Shown here in pieces: positions 30,836 through 47,800 of a stretch of DNA of 64,000 nt. The stretch comes from the human T2T-CHM13v2.0 reference genome, Homo sapiens. Below the pieces are notes generated by a model. The model was not told where the DNA came from, searched no databases, and was given only the letters and a program-made list of their open reading frames with translations. The stretch lies in NCBI RefSeq assembly GCF_009914755.1, contig NC_060934.1, one strand, 5' to 3'. Within the stretch, counting starts at the first letter, position 1; every line of letters starts with the position of its first letter. A program made the translations under genes and the position numbers.

Positions 30836-33589
30836 GGCTCTAACACAGTCCCCCTCAACCTGTGCCTCTGTCTCCCCTGGGAGATGCTTAGAAAGGCAAG
30901 TTCATGGGCTCCCCCCACCAAACCAATGAATCGGATCTCTATGGTTAGGCCCAGAATCTGTGATTTAACAAGCTCTCTAGATGATTCTTACGCACACGCA
31001 AGTTAGAGAAACGCTGCTTCAATAAATGGATAAGTCTCAGAAGAAGTAGACTCAAGATTCCAAAAACTCAGAGTCGGTGTCTGTGCAACCTGTGTGTTCA
31101 GGAGATGCTCCTGAAAGTTGCTGTTTAAATGAGAACTGTGGGATCCAGAAGAGAAGTAGTAAAGCTCTTTGACTTGTTGAGGAGTCAGAAATCTTAAAAC
31201 CTGATGAAACCAAGTGATGATTCCAATTAAACAGTCATTTGCAGACTTTTTCTAGCAGAGACCCATTGGTAAAGATTCCCTCAAAATCTTGTCCTCACTT
31301 TCACACCTTTTGCCTGGATCCAGCCTGTGGGCAGAACACACCTGTGGCTGGAGAAGAGCCACAGCAGAAGAGTTAATTACTCACATTGGCATCACAATTT
31401 TCCAAACTGTGACACATGTGTCCTTGTAGAAACCTCTGAGACACTAAAGGCTGCCACCGCCATCATTGTCAAACCTCACACCATTCATTATCCCTTCACT
31501 TCAGAAAAGCAGCAGCAGGCTTAGGGAGGTGAATTGCTTTATTAGTCTTGGTATCAATAGATGGTGAGGATGGGCTTGAAATCCAGGACCCCTTTCCTTC
31601 TCCCTATTTTCATCTCTCCTGTTCCCCATGCCCATTTGGGTTTTGGTGTAGAACCTTCTTATTTAGAATTGATTCTCTTTCACATTTGAAATCTATGGAA
31701 AGGTGAAGCAACTCTTCCTCCATGGCTGCCTCTCAAGGTAAAGCAAATGTTAGCATCTGCCCAGTTGCCCCTTCCTTTTCCCATGTCCCTACTTCCTCAT
31801 ACTGAAAGACAGTCCCATGCCTTCATCAAGCAAGGAAGCCTAGGATTTTAGTTTTCTGCCCATTCTGAGATCATCTCTCCAAATACCCTCAGAAGATACA
31901 TGCTCAAGATGGCTTATAGGAAAAAACACTAGGTAAAGAAACCTGAATTCTCCTTCCACCTTAGTCACTTACTTGTTATGTAACTTTGGAGAAAGTATTT
32001 GACCTTACTTGACCTCAGTTTTCTCTTCTGTAACCACTGGTCTATGTTTAAAAGCACAGCCTCCCCAGCCAGGTTGCATGAGTTTCTTACTAAAATCCCA
32101 ATCAACATCTTCCAAGGATGTTCTGTAACAGGCAGAAAAAAAATCTAAGATTATACTAGAGCTCGAAGCCCTGCATGTTGGTATCCTTGGCCAATTTTTT
32201 CCAAGTCCTCTCCTGCCATCTTCGCTTTTATGCATCTCCAGTCAAATGGCCTTTTTCTTGTTCCTTGACCACACCAAACTTATTCCATGCTCAGGACATC
32301 AATTCATTGTCTCTTCTCATTCGGGCGTGACTTTTCTGGTTATTGGTATTACGGGCGATAATACCCGTAATACCATTTTCATTGAATCATGGACATTTTG
32401 ACTTTATGCTAGGAGACTCTAGGTCCTATTTAAATATTTTATTTTATTAGTTAGTCACTGACTAGGTTTAGCATGCAGATCCTGGCTTACTTTTGTGGGA
32501 TTAGATTCCAATTCCAATTTAATTTTCAGAGGTTTCGTGGTGATATTTTGGTCTACTTCATTTATCTGGTGTCACTGGGGCTTCTAGGTCCCCGAAAGTG
32601 CTGCCTGAGGGACAGAAGGAGGGTCCCCAAGCTGGAGCCACCTGGAGTCCAGGGGGGTCTCTAGCACATGGGAACAGAGTGCTTCCTGGGCTAGGTCACT
32701 GAATGTGGTCAGATCCCTGCAGGGTCTGAGGAGGGGAGTCTCATGACTAGCAAGGAAGATGAGCACTTCCCCTGCAGGCTTATTGCCAATGGGGTTCACA
32801 ATCCACCCAACTTGCCACTGCTGCTGGGAAAGCCTGGGGTTGTCAGCAGGACTCACATTAAATCCGGGAATGGAATAAGCTAGATTGAGCATTGGAAAAC
32901 ACCAGGCCTGTCTACCTCCCCTGTTCTACTGCTATGGAGCTTACCCAGGCCTGGGGTCCCTAGTAGTTTGCTTTCTCCTTTCCAATTTCAGAGTTCTCCT
33001 TTGTTTGATTTGTGTTATTTCCAGGAATAATAGTTATGCTTAGCAGGGAGAAACATGTCTACACAATCTTCCTTGAACCTGGTGTCTCTTCATTTAATTT
33101 TACTACACTGGCTGGATATAAGTACCTTAAAATCATACAAACCAGACTAGAACAGATATCCTGTTCAACTTTCATTTTTGTACTTTTTTTAACTATAAAG
33201 CATTAAAATCTTCCCATGTCAATGGAAGTGTGCTTGAATCCTAGTAAACGGCTCCATATTATTTCATTGTGCAACTAAAATCTAAAGTCTAACCAGTCTT
33301 CTATAATTGAAATTTAAATGTGAGGTTATTTTACCCTTCCCACATTTCTTTTTCTTTTATTTGCTAAATTGAAATCTCAAACTTGATTTTGATTAGCAGT
33401 CAAACTCCAAAAATTAATGGAAGGGAAATAAGACCTGAAAAGGTGAAAGACTTAGAATTAAGTGATTCAAAATAGTATTTATATTTCACAAAAGCAAAAA
33501 TATACCTATGGAATAGAATTCAGAACTCCATGAAAGACAGCTGGTGTCCCGAGAGCTGATGTCACACAGCCTGTGGCATGAATGTCAGA

Positions 33590-33708
33590 ATAGGCCCATT
33601 CTACCAGCTCTGGCTGAGCCTGAGCTTCCAAAAGTGAGCTGAGCTGTTCAACCTTGGATCTTAATTACTCCTAGCAGGGATAATTAGGTCCCTCTTTCTC
33701 AGATTACA
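33590..33708 (+). other. FAM24A: Possible non-coding first exon of FAM24A
   Basis: The ATG exon is preceded by a splice acceptor, so an upstream exon is required. Candidate donor CAG|GTTTGA after 33708. Position uncertain. Confidence 0.35.
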
Positions 33709-34622
33709 GGTTTGAGAAGTTCCAAATATCCGATGCCCTAGAGGTTTTTTTCCCTTAATTTTATTGTTACAATTGGCCTTCATCTAGCTCTGGATGGTTG
33801 AACTGTAGTAAGTATGCTTAGCTATCAGATTGGTTATTCTTCTCTCCTGGCTCACTGTTCCTCAGTTTCACAGTGTTAGATTAAGCAAATTACTTATTCC
33901 AAACAAATTGGGTTTCCTGGGAGAATTTAGTATTTACTAGGAAAAATGGCAGAGGTAGGCCTATGGTCTACTAGGAAGACAGAATGAGGGACAGGGGCTC
34001 CTGAATAAGCTGGCTCCTGGTCTCTGCAGACCACGTCCCATTTCTGAGCCCTGGCAAAGGTTTGGCTGGAAGTGTCAGGAATCTCCTTAAACCCTGAGAT
34101 AACCCAGTTGTTGGTGGGAAAATTGAAAACTGTTTTTCCCAAAATACTTATCACTTACAAAATAGATTTTCATATTCTCAGTATTGTTGGACAATACTTT
34201 TTAAACTAATTCTCTTAGTTTCATAAAATAATTTTAAACCTAATATACAGTGAGGGGTGACTTCTGACCCTCTGAGTGAACATATTTCAGGGCCCAGGTG
34301 GTGGGGAGTGAAGTCATCAGCTCCAAGGCAGGCCTGTGGTCATTTCCAGCTGCACATCATGCCTGTGAGAGGGAAAGATTCTTCCCACTGTCTGTCATTA
34401 TGATTTCCTTCCCTCTGGAGTTTGCATTTAAGTCCATTTTTACCCATAAATAAGTCCTTTTGTCTGCCCCTGGACCAGCTTAGGATCCTAGGACTCTCTG
34501 GAAAGATTTGCTTGCAGTTTACATGTGTCTGGGGTTCACTCTTCCTCTACTAACGGAAGGTTGTTTAGTGGCTGTGTGGGGAGGAAGGCCACGTTCTGCT
34601 TCCCTGCACTTTCTCCTTAGGC

Positions 34623-34747
34623 ATGGCAAAGATGTTTGATCTCAGGACGAAGATCATGATCGGCATCGGAAGCAGCTTACTGGTTGCCGCGATGGTGCTC
34701 CTAAGTGTTGTGTTCTGTCTTTACTTCAAAGTAGCTAAGGCACTAAA
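34623..34747 (+). CDS. FAM24A: FAM24A coding exon 1 (hydrophobic signal/anchor segment)
   Basis: Acceptor TTCTCCTTAG at 34620. MAKMFDLRTKIMIGIGSSLLVAAMVLLSVVFCLYFKVAKAL(K). Donor AA|GTGAGT, phase 2. Confidence 0.92.
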
Positions 34748-35020
34748 GTGAGTCATGTGGGGGAAAATGAATTACACCTCCTCAAATGGGATACCTGGAC
34801 TCCCTATTTGAGCAAGGTCATTCCTTTCTGCTGTGGCCATACCCCTGAGTGAGTGAGGACAAGAACAAGAAGCAGTTTTGAAAAGGCAGAAATGGCAGCT
34901 GAGTGTAAAATCTTTTACCCTTCTGCCGGGGGTTTGTAGAATGTTCTCAGTTTAAGGCTGTGAGTGTCAGTGGTGCTTGGCTGTCACTGGACCTCAATGA
35001 GTTTACCATCAGGTGTTTAA

Positions 35021-35110
35021 TTCAGCACCTTGGCCAAGCCTCCCTTTGTTCAGCACCTTGGCCAGTGCCCCACTCTGTTCAGCACCTTGGCCAGTACCTC
35101 CCCTGGGCAC
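35021..35110. repeat. Three copies of a ~28-29 bp unit in the FAM24A intron
   Basis: TTCAGCACCTTGGCCA at 35021, 35049 and 35078. Confidence 0.85.
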
Positions 35111-35749
35111 CGTAGGCTGAAGACTCCGTAGGGAGACTGCATTAATGAGCCTCTGCCTTGTGCTCATGCGGAGGATGGGCTGGATTGATCTCCTCTTGCC
35201 TGAGTTGGGAGCTCTCAGAGTGTTCCTTCATTTATTTCTGGTGGCCTTGAGAACAAAGAGGTGGATCTTTAGGACTCTGGGACAGCTGACATGTGTGAAT
35301 ATCCTGGGAGACAGCAGAAAGAAAAGGGAATGTAGGTTGAACAAAAGACAATTACAGTTTGGGGAGAAGACTCTTCAAGTACCAGAGAGGTTGGTTGTCA
35401 GACACAGTCCATTCTAAGGGGTTCACAGAGACACATCCCGGAGCCTGGGGCACAGCTGAATGCAGCACCTTCCCATCATTCCTGCATCTCGGGGGCCTGC
35501 AGTCACCAGCTGGGTGATTGCTTGCAATTCACTTACCCTTACTTTTGTAACCTGAGTTTACATTTATAGCAGTCGTAGGAGAGGAAGGGATTCAAGAGGA
35601 ATTTGAGACAAGGGAGAGAGCCTTAATGTAGGGCTGGTGTTCATGTTTGATTGGCTTCAGCACTAAACTTCCCAGATACCCCCAACAATTCTAACAAATG
35701 GACTGAGAAGAAAAATTCTAAGCCTGAGCTTTGTGTGTCTTTTCTTAAG

Positions 35750-35942
35750 AGCTGCAAAGGACCCTGATGCTGTGGCTGTAAAAAATCACAACCCAGACAA
35801 GGTGTGTTGGGCCACGAACAGCCAGGCCAAAGCCACCACCATGGAGTCTTGTCCATCTCTCCAGTGCTGTGAAGGTTGTAGAATGCATGCCAGTTCTGAT
35901 TCCCTGCCACCTTGCTGTTGTGACATAAATGAGGGCCTCTGA
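35750..35942 (+). CDS. FAM24A: FAM24A coding exon 2; spliced product is 105 aa with a Cys-rich C-terminus
   Basis: Phase-compatible acceptor TTTCTTAAG. AAKDPDAVAVKNHNPDKVCWA...CCEGC...PPCCCDINEGL*. Confidence 0.92.
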
Positions 35943-36074
35943 CTTGGGAAAGCTGGGCACAAAAATCTTCATGAGCAATATTTCTTTCTTAATAGAATGT
36001 TTTATTATTCAAGTCAAGTTCTAGAGTGTTTACATACTATTATATAATGTACAGTGTTATTTTCTGTACTTCTG

Positions 36075-36080
36075 AATAAA
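36075..36080 (+). terminator. FAM24A: FAM24A polyadenylation signal
   Basis: AATAAA about 130 nt after the stop, followed by T/GT-rich sequence. Confidence 0.75.
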
Positions 36081-36636
36081 TGTGCAATATTGGAAATAAT
36101 CCTCTGCCTCCAGTATTTTTGTTAGTTATAAACATCGCTTATTTAAATATGTGTATTACCTACTTTGGGATTTGGGGTCACTAGCTGGTAATATTACATT
36201 GCGGTAAAAGAAAGTTAGAAAATCAAAGTGTCCAGCACATCTCCCACCCTACAAGGAAAACACACATTGATATTAGGACATTTCCAATGTCAGTCCCAGC
36301 TGACCTCACCCAGCTGGAGTAGCTCGTTCGGCTCTCCTGAGAGCTGTGGTCGCTGGCACCTAGTTCCTCCACCACGGATAATGGTCCATTCATCTAAGAC
36401 AGTGAGAGGAGCCAGGCAGGACCTCCCTTGCATTAAAGTCATCTGATCTGTGTAAAAGAAGTCCTGAGCTCAGTGGCCTCAAGGGGCACATTTGGAAAAC
36501 CAGATTTCTCCTGCTGCCACCCCCAGATCGTCAGAGCAGGTGCCTCCTTTGTGGATCACGATAACACTGATGTGCGTTGATCCAGCTTCAACTATAATAG
36601 GGACTTCCACCAAAGCCCAGACTTTCTGGACCACAG

Positions 36637-37404
<768 letters not shown>

Positions 37405-37589
37405 GCAACAGGTAGCAGGAAGCCCTCCCTCGCTTCTTCTGCTCCCAGTTGCCTTCTGTTCCGGCTCCTTCCCCTAAGCCTCCTGGAACTGCTTTCGAGC
37501 ACGAGAAAGGCATAACCGTCATGTATACTCCTCTCATGAACTAAACCCTTGCTTGTGAACATCACATGTAGACAATATAAAGAATTATT

Positions 37590-37812
37590 CTAGCCTGGGT
37601 AACACAGTGAGGCCCCGTCTCCACCAAAAATAAAAATAAAAAAATTAGCTGGATGTGGTGTCCCACACCTGTAGTCCCAGCTCCGCAGGCATTGAGGTGG
37701 ATAATCTGAGCCCTGGGGTGGAGGCTTCAGTGAGCCGTGGTCTCACCACTGCACTCCAGTCTGAGTAACAGAGTAAGACTCTGTCTCCAAAAAATAAAAA
37801 TAATAAATAATA
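37590..37812 (+). mobile_element. Partial old Alu
   Basis: AGCCTGGGTAACACAGTGAG...right arm and A-rich tail. Confidence 0.85.
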
Positions 37813-40010
37813 ATTATTAACTAGTAACAGTTGGTTACCTACTAAAGGGGTAAACAGGAAAACAGGAATAGCAAATGAAAGAAACAGCTGTGGCTTCCAG
37901 GTGATGGGTGAACAAGGGTGGAAATAAGCATCTGGGGGGCTGCCTGCTGGCTGAACTCCAGGGATCTGGGCAGAGTGTGTGGGAGTCTTGGGAATATTCA
38001 GGATTCCCCCAACCTTAGTGCTGGGGAAACAGGCCAGAGGCAGGCAGGCCTAGCAGCTCTGGAGGGGCTGCCGTTGGAGCCGAGCAACTCCCTGGAGGCT
38101 GCCCTGAGACCCTCGTCCTGGAAGTGATCTCTCACCCTCGAGTTTCTGGGCACTGTTTCCATCCTTTGACACCGATTTACTCTTGTCACCAGCAAGCTCT
38201 GAGCTGACAGAGCACCCACGAGTCCTCTCTTACCCCACCCAGTGGGCAGCCCAGTGCCTGGATCCAGAAGGCCTGTGCCAGGGCCTCCCTATATGGGCAA
38301 CTATGCCTGGTGCAGGCATCGCAGGGGCCATGAGGGAGGCAGGTGGGACAAGGGTCTTCAGGATGCCCCCATTAGCAGGAGGGCAGAACACCACACATGG
38401 GCTTTGGAGCCCTATGGACTCGGTTCCCATCCCAATTCGGCCTTCACTAGGGGAAGTCCCTTGACCCATCTGAGCCTCTGTGTCCTTGATGTGAAGTGGG
38501 GACTAGCACAGGTGACAGGGAAGAGGCAGTGAGATGAGGCCAGGTGACCTCACAGCACCCCATGATCCACAGAAAGTTGCCAAGGGCCTGAAGGTGGCTT
38601 CCCTCCTGACTGAACCCGGAAGCCTGGATCATTTATCAGGCAACCTACCCCACAACAGAGTGTGGTCACGAAACTCTTGTGCTCAGTGGGGATGGATCAG
38701 GGATGTTTGAGATCCTGGCCATGGAAGAGAGAGAGGGGTTCAGAGGGAGAGCCCAGGGTGGGGGTGGGCGTTAATGGACACAGCTGTGAGTGAGCAGCAC
38801 TTAGTAACCAGAAGGGTCCCCTCTCAAATGCCTGCACCCTGCTCACTCACCCCAGGACACCCAGTCCCACCTCATCCGCAGCCAGCCTGAGCAGACAGGA
38901 ATGGAGCAGAGCTGGGCAGGGGCCTTGGAGAGTGTCTAAGCTCCTCCTGAGCACCACATCCCAGCATCTCAGGTGCTGCTTTTCCCCTGCAGCAATAGGT
39001 GTGGGCCCAACAAGGAATGGATCCCCTGGGTCACAGCATGCCTCCCCAGGGAGGCATCCTGGGCTGCAGTACAGTCAGAACAATAAAGAGGAGTTGGCGG
39101 TAGCCAGAAGGTTTCACCCCAGGAGACGCAGCCTATACCAGCATCAGACCTCCACAGAGCTGTACAGAGTTTCTTCAAAAAGTAGCCAGTTCTGGCATTG
39201 TCCACTCAAAATATTCCACCTGAACTTAGAGTGAAACTCAGACTCTTCATTTGCCCTACAGGTCCTTTCCACATCTGACCTTTACCTGCTCCTCTCTATC
39301 CTTCCCTCCCAGCTCGCTCCTCCCACTCATGTCCAGCCAAGCTGTTCTTTCATCTCTACTATTGTAGGTGTGCCCATCTGGTCCCTGCCTCAGGGCCTTT
39401 GCACTTGCCCTCTCTTTTGCCTAAAATGCAACCCCCAAGCTCAGATCACACATGAATGCCTCCCTCTTATCTTTCTGTCTTTGCTCAGATTTCATCTCTC
39501 AAGACACCTTCCCTCCCACCCTCATATGTCCTCCCCACCCCAAGGGAGCCACTGTCTATTAATAAAACGGGTCACCCTGTTTCATTGCAGTCAGAGCTCC
39601 TCTCACTATTTGAATTCTTCATTTATTTTTGTTTAATTCCCCGCCTAGAATTCAAGTTCCATGAGGGCAGGACTGTGTCTCTCATGTTCAATTCTGTATT
39701 GCTCAGGACCTAGAACGTTACATAATATTTGCTAAATAAATGAATAAATGAATGAAAATGAAAAGAGGGCAGCCCCCACCCTCCCTAGTACACACACATT
39801 TGCCATTCCTAGTCTCTTCATGGACACCAGGATTTCCTTCTCTTGGCCGCAAAACACAGTGCCCAAGGGACTAAGCTAACTGCTGCAGCCTCTCCAGACA
39901 TAACCTGTTAGAAATCCTTGCAGGGGAACCTGGATCTGCTGTCCCTTTTCCTCACAATGCTCTGCCCCCTCTTTCCACCCCTCAGTTGTCTGGCAGGGCA
40001 TCTGAGTGAC

Positions 40011-40491
40011 TGTAAGGTAAACACACCTGACATCAATAATTGAAGCATACCCTGAGAATGACCCTGTGTGGCAGATGCAACTGAATGTATGTTCAGAGAT
40101 GGCGAATCTAGGAGTGGTCAGCCCTGAGATTCATTTCTTGTCTGTCGGGAACATCTGAGCCCCCATCCCATCCCATGGAATTGCAGGCCAACCAGGAGTC
40201 CAAGGCCCTGAGTTTTGGGTTAAGTGAAGGTTGCCAGGTGGAGACTGTTAGGGGGAGGGTGTTAAGTGAAAATGCCATATAAACTGCATGCTCTTTGCCA
40301 GCAGCTGCGATTTTCCTTCCCAGCCCATCTCCACTGAGCCATGCAATTATTCTGTCCAGCCCATGCTGAACTCTGTCCCCTGTATGTAGCCCCTAATAAA
40401 ATCCCATGTCTCATTTTCTGGCTGAGTCTCTTCTTTGGCCTCTTGAACCTAGTGTCATCTCCATTGGAGTTGATAGGTGTTCGGCAGGACA
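40011..40491 (+). mobile_element. Solo LTR (LTR47-like)
   Basis: TGTAAGGTAAACACACCTGACA start, TATAAA at ~40278, AATAAA at ~40395, CA end. Subfamily from memory. Confidence 0.7.
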
Positions 40492-40731
40492 GTGACCCAG
40501 CTGGACCCAGAGTGTGCCCAGGTGCCACACCCCCACCTTGCCCTACTGATCCTCTGGCCTCCCACAGGCTTCCCTTCCCAGGCCAGAGCCCCTAAGGCCT
40601 CAGATGTCACTGAGGCCTCAAATGTCAAAGGCCTCAAATGCCAGTTCATGATTTGCAGGAACAGTGTAAAGGTCCAGCTTCCTGTCATCTCCACAGCAAG
40701 TTTCTCATTGACTCCTGGGTGCCAGCTGCTA

Positions 40732-44250
<3,519 letters not shown>

Positions 44251-44263
44251 AAAAACAGTCACA

Positions 44264-44357
44264 CAGCTGCTCTCACACAAATCTACCTCTTGTATGGATG
44301 GAACTGACGTTTCCCTGGAGGTGTCCAGACAGCTGATGAAACAGAGAGCCTATAAAA
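44264..44357 (+). promoter_or_regulatory. Relic TATA promoter of the CUZD1-like exon
   Basis: CAGCTG at 44264 and 44330, TGACGT at 44305, TTTCCC at 44310, TATAAAA at 44351-44357, ATG 44 nt after the TATA start. Confidence 0.6.
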
Positions 44358-44394
44358 GCTGTCGGTCCTTAAGGCTGCGCAGCCCCTGGCGAAG

Positions 44395-44476
44395 ATGGAG
44401 CTTGTAAGGAGGCTCATGCCTCTGGCCTTTTTAATTGTCTCCTGATTGGCAGAGTTGATGTTGATGGAGGCTGAAC
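44395..44476 (+). pseudogene. Relic of CUZD1 coding exon 1 (signal peptide) with an in-frame stop
   Basis: MELVRRLMPLAFLIVS*LAELMLMEAE then donor C|GTAAAA (82 nt, phase 1), against recalled CUZD1 MELVRRLMPLTLLILSCLAELTMAEAEG. TGA at 44443-44445. Confidence 0.85.
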
Positions 44477-44877
44477 GTAAAATACATTTTTTTTTTTAGT
44501 CAAAATACTGTCATTCAAAAGGTCCCTGCCAGAGATTTTAGAACTTTTTGATTCCTCTGCTGGCCCCAGTGTGGAAAAAAATTACTCTTAAATATTATTG
44601 GTGGGAGATTAAGTTAGTATCAGGTTCATTCATGGTGATACTGCAATACATATAAAATATAAAAAGCACAGGGAATTTAACCAGATAATTTTATTTCTAA
44701 ACACTTAGCTTTAGGAAACAACTATAATAGTGTCCAAAGATGTATGTACAAGCATGTTCATTATACTATATTAATAAATGTAAGAAACAACAAAAATCTC
44801 CATTTATTATGAATCTTATGGTAAATACATACAAAGAACACTGCGTGGATTTTAGTTTTTAAAGGACACTGATCCAG

Positions 44878-47800
44878 GAGGAGGAAACAGAGAAAGATGG
44901 CAGAATAGAAGCCTCCATCAATCATCCTCCCAACAGGAACACTAAACTGAGTAAATAGCTACACCAAAAAAGCACCTTAAGAAAAACCAAAAATCAGGTG
45001 AGTAATCACAGTACCTGTTTTTAACTTCATATCACTGAAAGAGGCACCGAAGAGGATGGGAAAGACAGTCTTGAATTGCCAACACCACTCCCTCCCCTAT
45101 CCCCTTGCAGTGGCTACATGGTATGGAGAAAAAAAATCTGTGCACTTGGTGGGAGGGAGAGTGCAGTGATTGTGGGACTTTGCATTGAAACTCAGTGCTT
45201 CTCTGTCACAGCAGGAAGCAACACCAGGCAGAGTTCAGCCGGTGCCCATGGAGGGAGCATTTAGACCAGCCACAGCCAGAGGGGAATCACCCCTCCCAGT
45301 GATTGGAACCTGGGTTCTGGCAAGCCTGGACACTGCAGGCTAAAGTGCTCTGGGTCCTAAATAAACTTGAATGGGTGTCTAAACCACAATGACTGCAATT
45401 CCTGGGCAAGTCCTGGTGCTGTGCTGGGTTTGCAGCCAGTGGTCTTGGGGGGCATGTGACCCAGTAAGATACCAGCTGGGGTGATCTGCTTGCACCATGC
45501 CTCCCCCAACCCCAGGCAGCACAGCTCACAGCTCTGGGAGAGACTCCTTCCCTTTGTTTGAGTAGAGGAGAGGGAAGAGTGTAGAGGACTTTGTCTTGCA
45601 TGTTGGATACTAGCTCAGCCACAATAGGATAAGGTACCAGGGAGAGTCCTGAGGCACCCAATCCAGGCCCTAACTCCAAGATGACATTTCTAGACACAAT
45701 CTGGGCCACAAAGGAGTCTGCTGCTTTGACGGATAGGACCTAGTCCCAGAAAAATTCATCACTTACTGACTAAAGAGCCCGTGGTACCAAAGCAGTACTT
45801 GCCATGGGCCTTGGGTGAAACTCAAGAGACATGCTGGCTTCAGGTGTGACCCAGCACATTCCCAGCTGTGGTGGCTATGGGGATGGACTCCTTCTGCTTG
45901 AGAAAAGGAGAAAGAAGAGTAGGGGGACTTTGTCTTGCAGCTTAGGTACGAGCTCGGCCACAGTGGGGTAGAGCATTAAGTGGGATCTTGGGGTCCCCAG
46001 TTCTAGGGCTTGCCTCTTGGATGGCATTTCTGTGCCTGCCCTGGGCCAGAGGGGAGCCTGCTGCTCTGTAGAGAGAGTCCCAGGCCTGGCAGCAGTCACT
46101 ACAAGATGACTTAGGAGCCCTTGGGCCTTGAATGAACATTGGCAGTAGTCTGACTGACTACCATTGGCCTAGGGCAGTGGTGGCCATAGAGAGAGATTCC
46201 TCTGCTTATGAAAAGAAGAGATATTTGTTTCGTGGCTTGGGTGCCAGATCAGCTGCAGTAGAATAGAATACCAAGTAAATTCCTAAGATTTCTGACTCTA
46301 GGCCCTGGCTCCCAGACAGCATCTCTGAACCTGCTGAGGACTTGGGGGAAGTTGTTGCTCTGAAAAGAAGGATGCCATCCTGGCTGGCTTTACCACCTGT
46401 TGGTAGAGCCCTAGGGTCTTGAGCAAACATGGACAGTAGCCAGACAGTGGCTACTGTGGGCCTTGGGTGAGATCCAATACTATGCTGGCTTTAGTTCTTA
46501 CTGAGCACAGTCCCACTGCTGGTGGCCACGGGGGTGCTTGTGTCACTTCATCCCAACTCCAGACAGCTCAGCAGAGAGAGAGAGAGACTCCATTTGTTTG
46601 GGTGGAAGTAGGGAAAGAGACTAAGAGTCTCTACCTGGTAATCCATTTCATTCTTCTGGATCTTGTCAAAGACCACCAAGGCAGTACCTCTATGAGTCTG
46701 CAAGAGCCATAGCCTTAATGCGCTTGGGGTATCTCCTAATGCAGATACGGTTGCAGTGACCAAAAACTTAGATCACAATAGGCACTTGCCTTCAAGCATC
46801 TAGAAAGCCTTCCCAAGAAGGACAGACACAAACAAGACCAGACTGTGAAGACTACAATCAATACCTAACTCTTGAATACTCAGACACAAACAAACATCCA
46901 CAAGCATCAAGACCATCCAGGAAAACATGACCTCAGCAAATGAACTAAGTAAGGCACAAGGAATCAATCATGGAGAGACAGAGATATGTGACTTTCAGAC
47001 AGAGAATCCAAAATAGCTGTTTTGAGGAAATACAATGAAATTCAATATAACACAGAGAAGGAATTCAGAATCCTATTGATAAATTTAGCAAAGAGATTGA
47101 AATTATTTTAAAGAATCAAGAAGAAATTCTGTAGTTGAAAAATTCAATTGACATACTGAAGAATGCATCAGAGTTTCTTAACAACAGAATTGATCAAGCA
47201 AAATAAAGAATTAGTGAGCTTAAAGACAGGCTGTTTGAAAATACAAAGAGAGAGGAGACAAAAGCAAAAAGAATGAAGCATGCCTACAAAATCTTGAAAA
47301 TAGCTTCAAAAGGGAAAATCCAAGAGTTATTGGCCTTAAAGAACAGGTAGACAGACAGGGATAGAAAGTGTATTCAAAGGGATAATAAAAAAGAACTTCC
47401 CAAACCTAGAGAAAGATATCAATATTCAAGTAGAAGAAGGTTACAGAACATCAAGCATATTTAACACAAATAAGACTACCTCAAGGAATTTAATAATCAA
47501 ATTCCCAAAGGTCAAGGATAAAGAAAGGATCCTAAAAAGCAGCAAAAGAAAAGAAACAACATACAATGGACTTCCAGTATATCTGGCAGCAAGCTTCTCC
47601 GTAAAAATATTACAGGCCAGGAGACAGTGTATTTAAAATGCTGAAGGAAAAAAAAACTTTTATTCCAGAATAGTATATCAAGCAAAAATATCCTTCAAAC
47701 ATGAAGGAGAAAGACTTTCCCAGACAAGAAAAAAAGCTGAGAAATTTAAACATGAAACCTGTCCTATAAAAAATGCTAAAGGGAGTTCTTCAGTCTGAAA

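Noticed and set aside
35021-35110. Repeat-spacer pattern as a CRISPR-like array
   Set aside because: Only three short units with related spacers in a mammalian intron and no cas genes; an ordinary minisatellite.
45440-46650. Several-hundred-bp internally repeated units
   Set aside because: Consistent with the known repeated 5'UTR structure of old L1 subfamilies.
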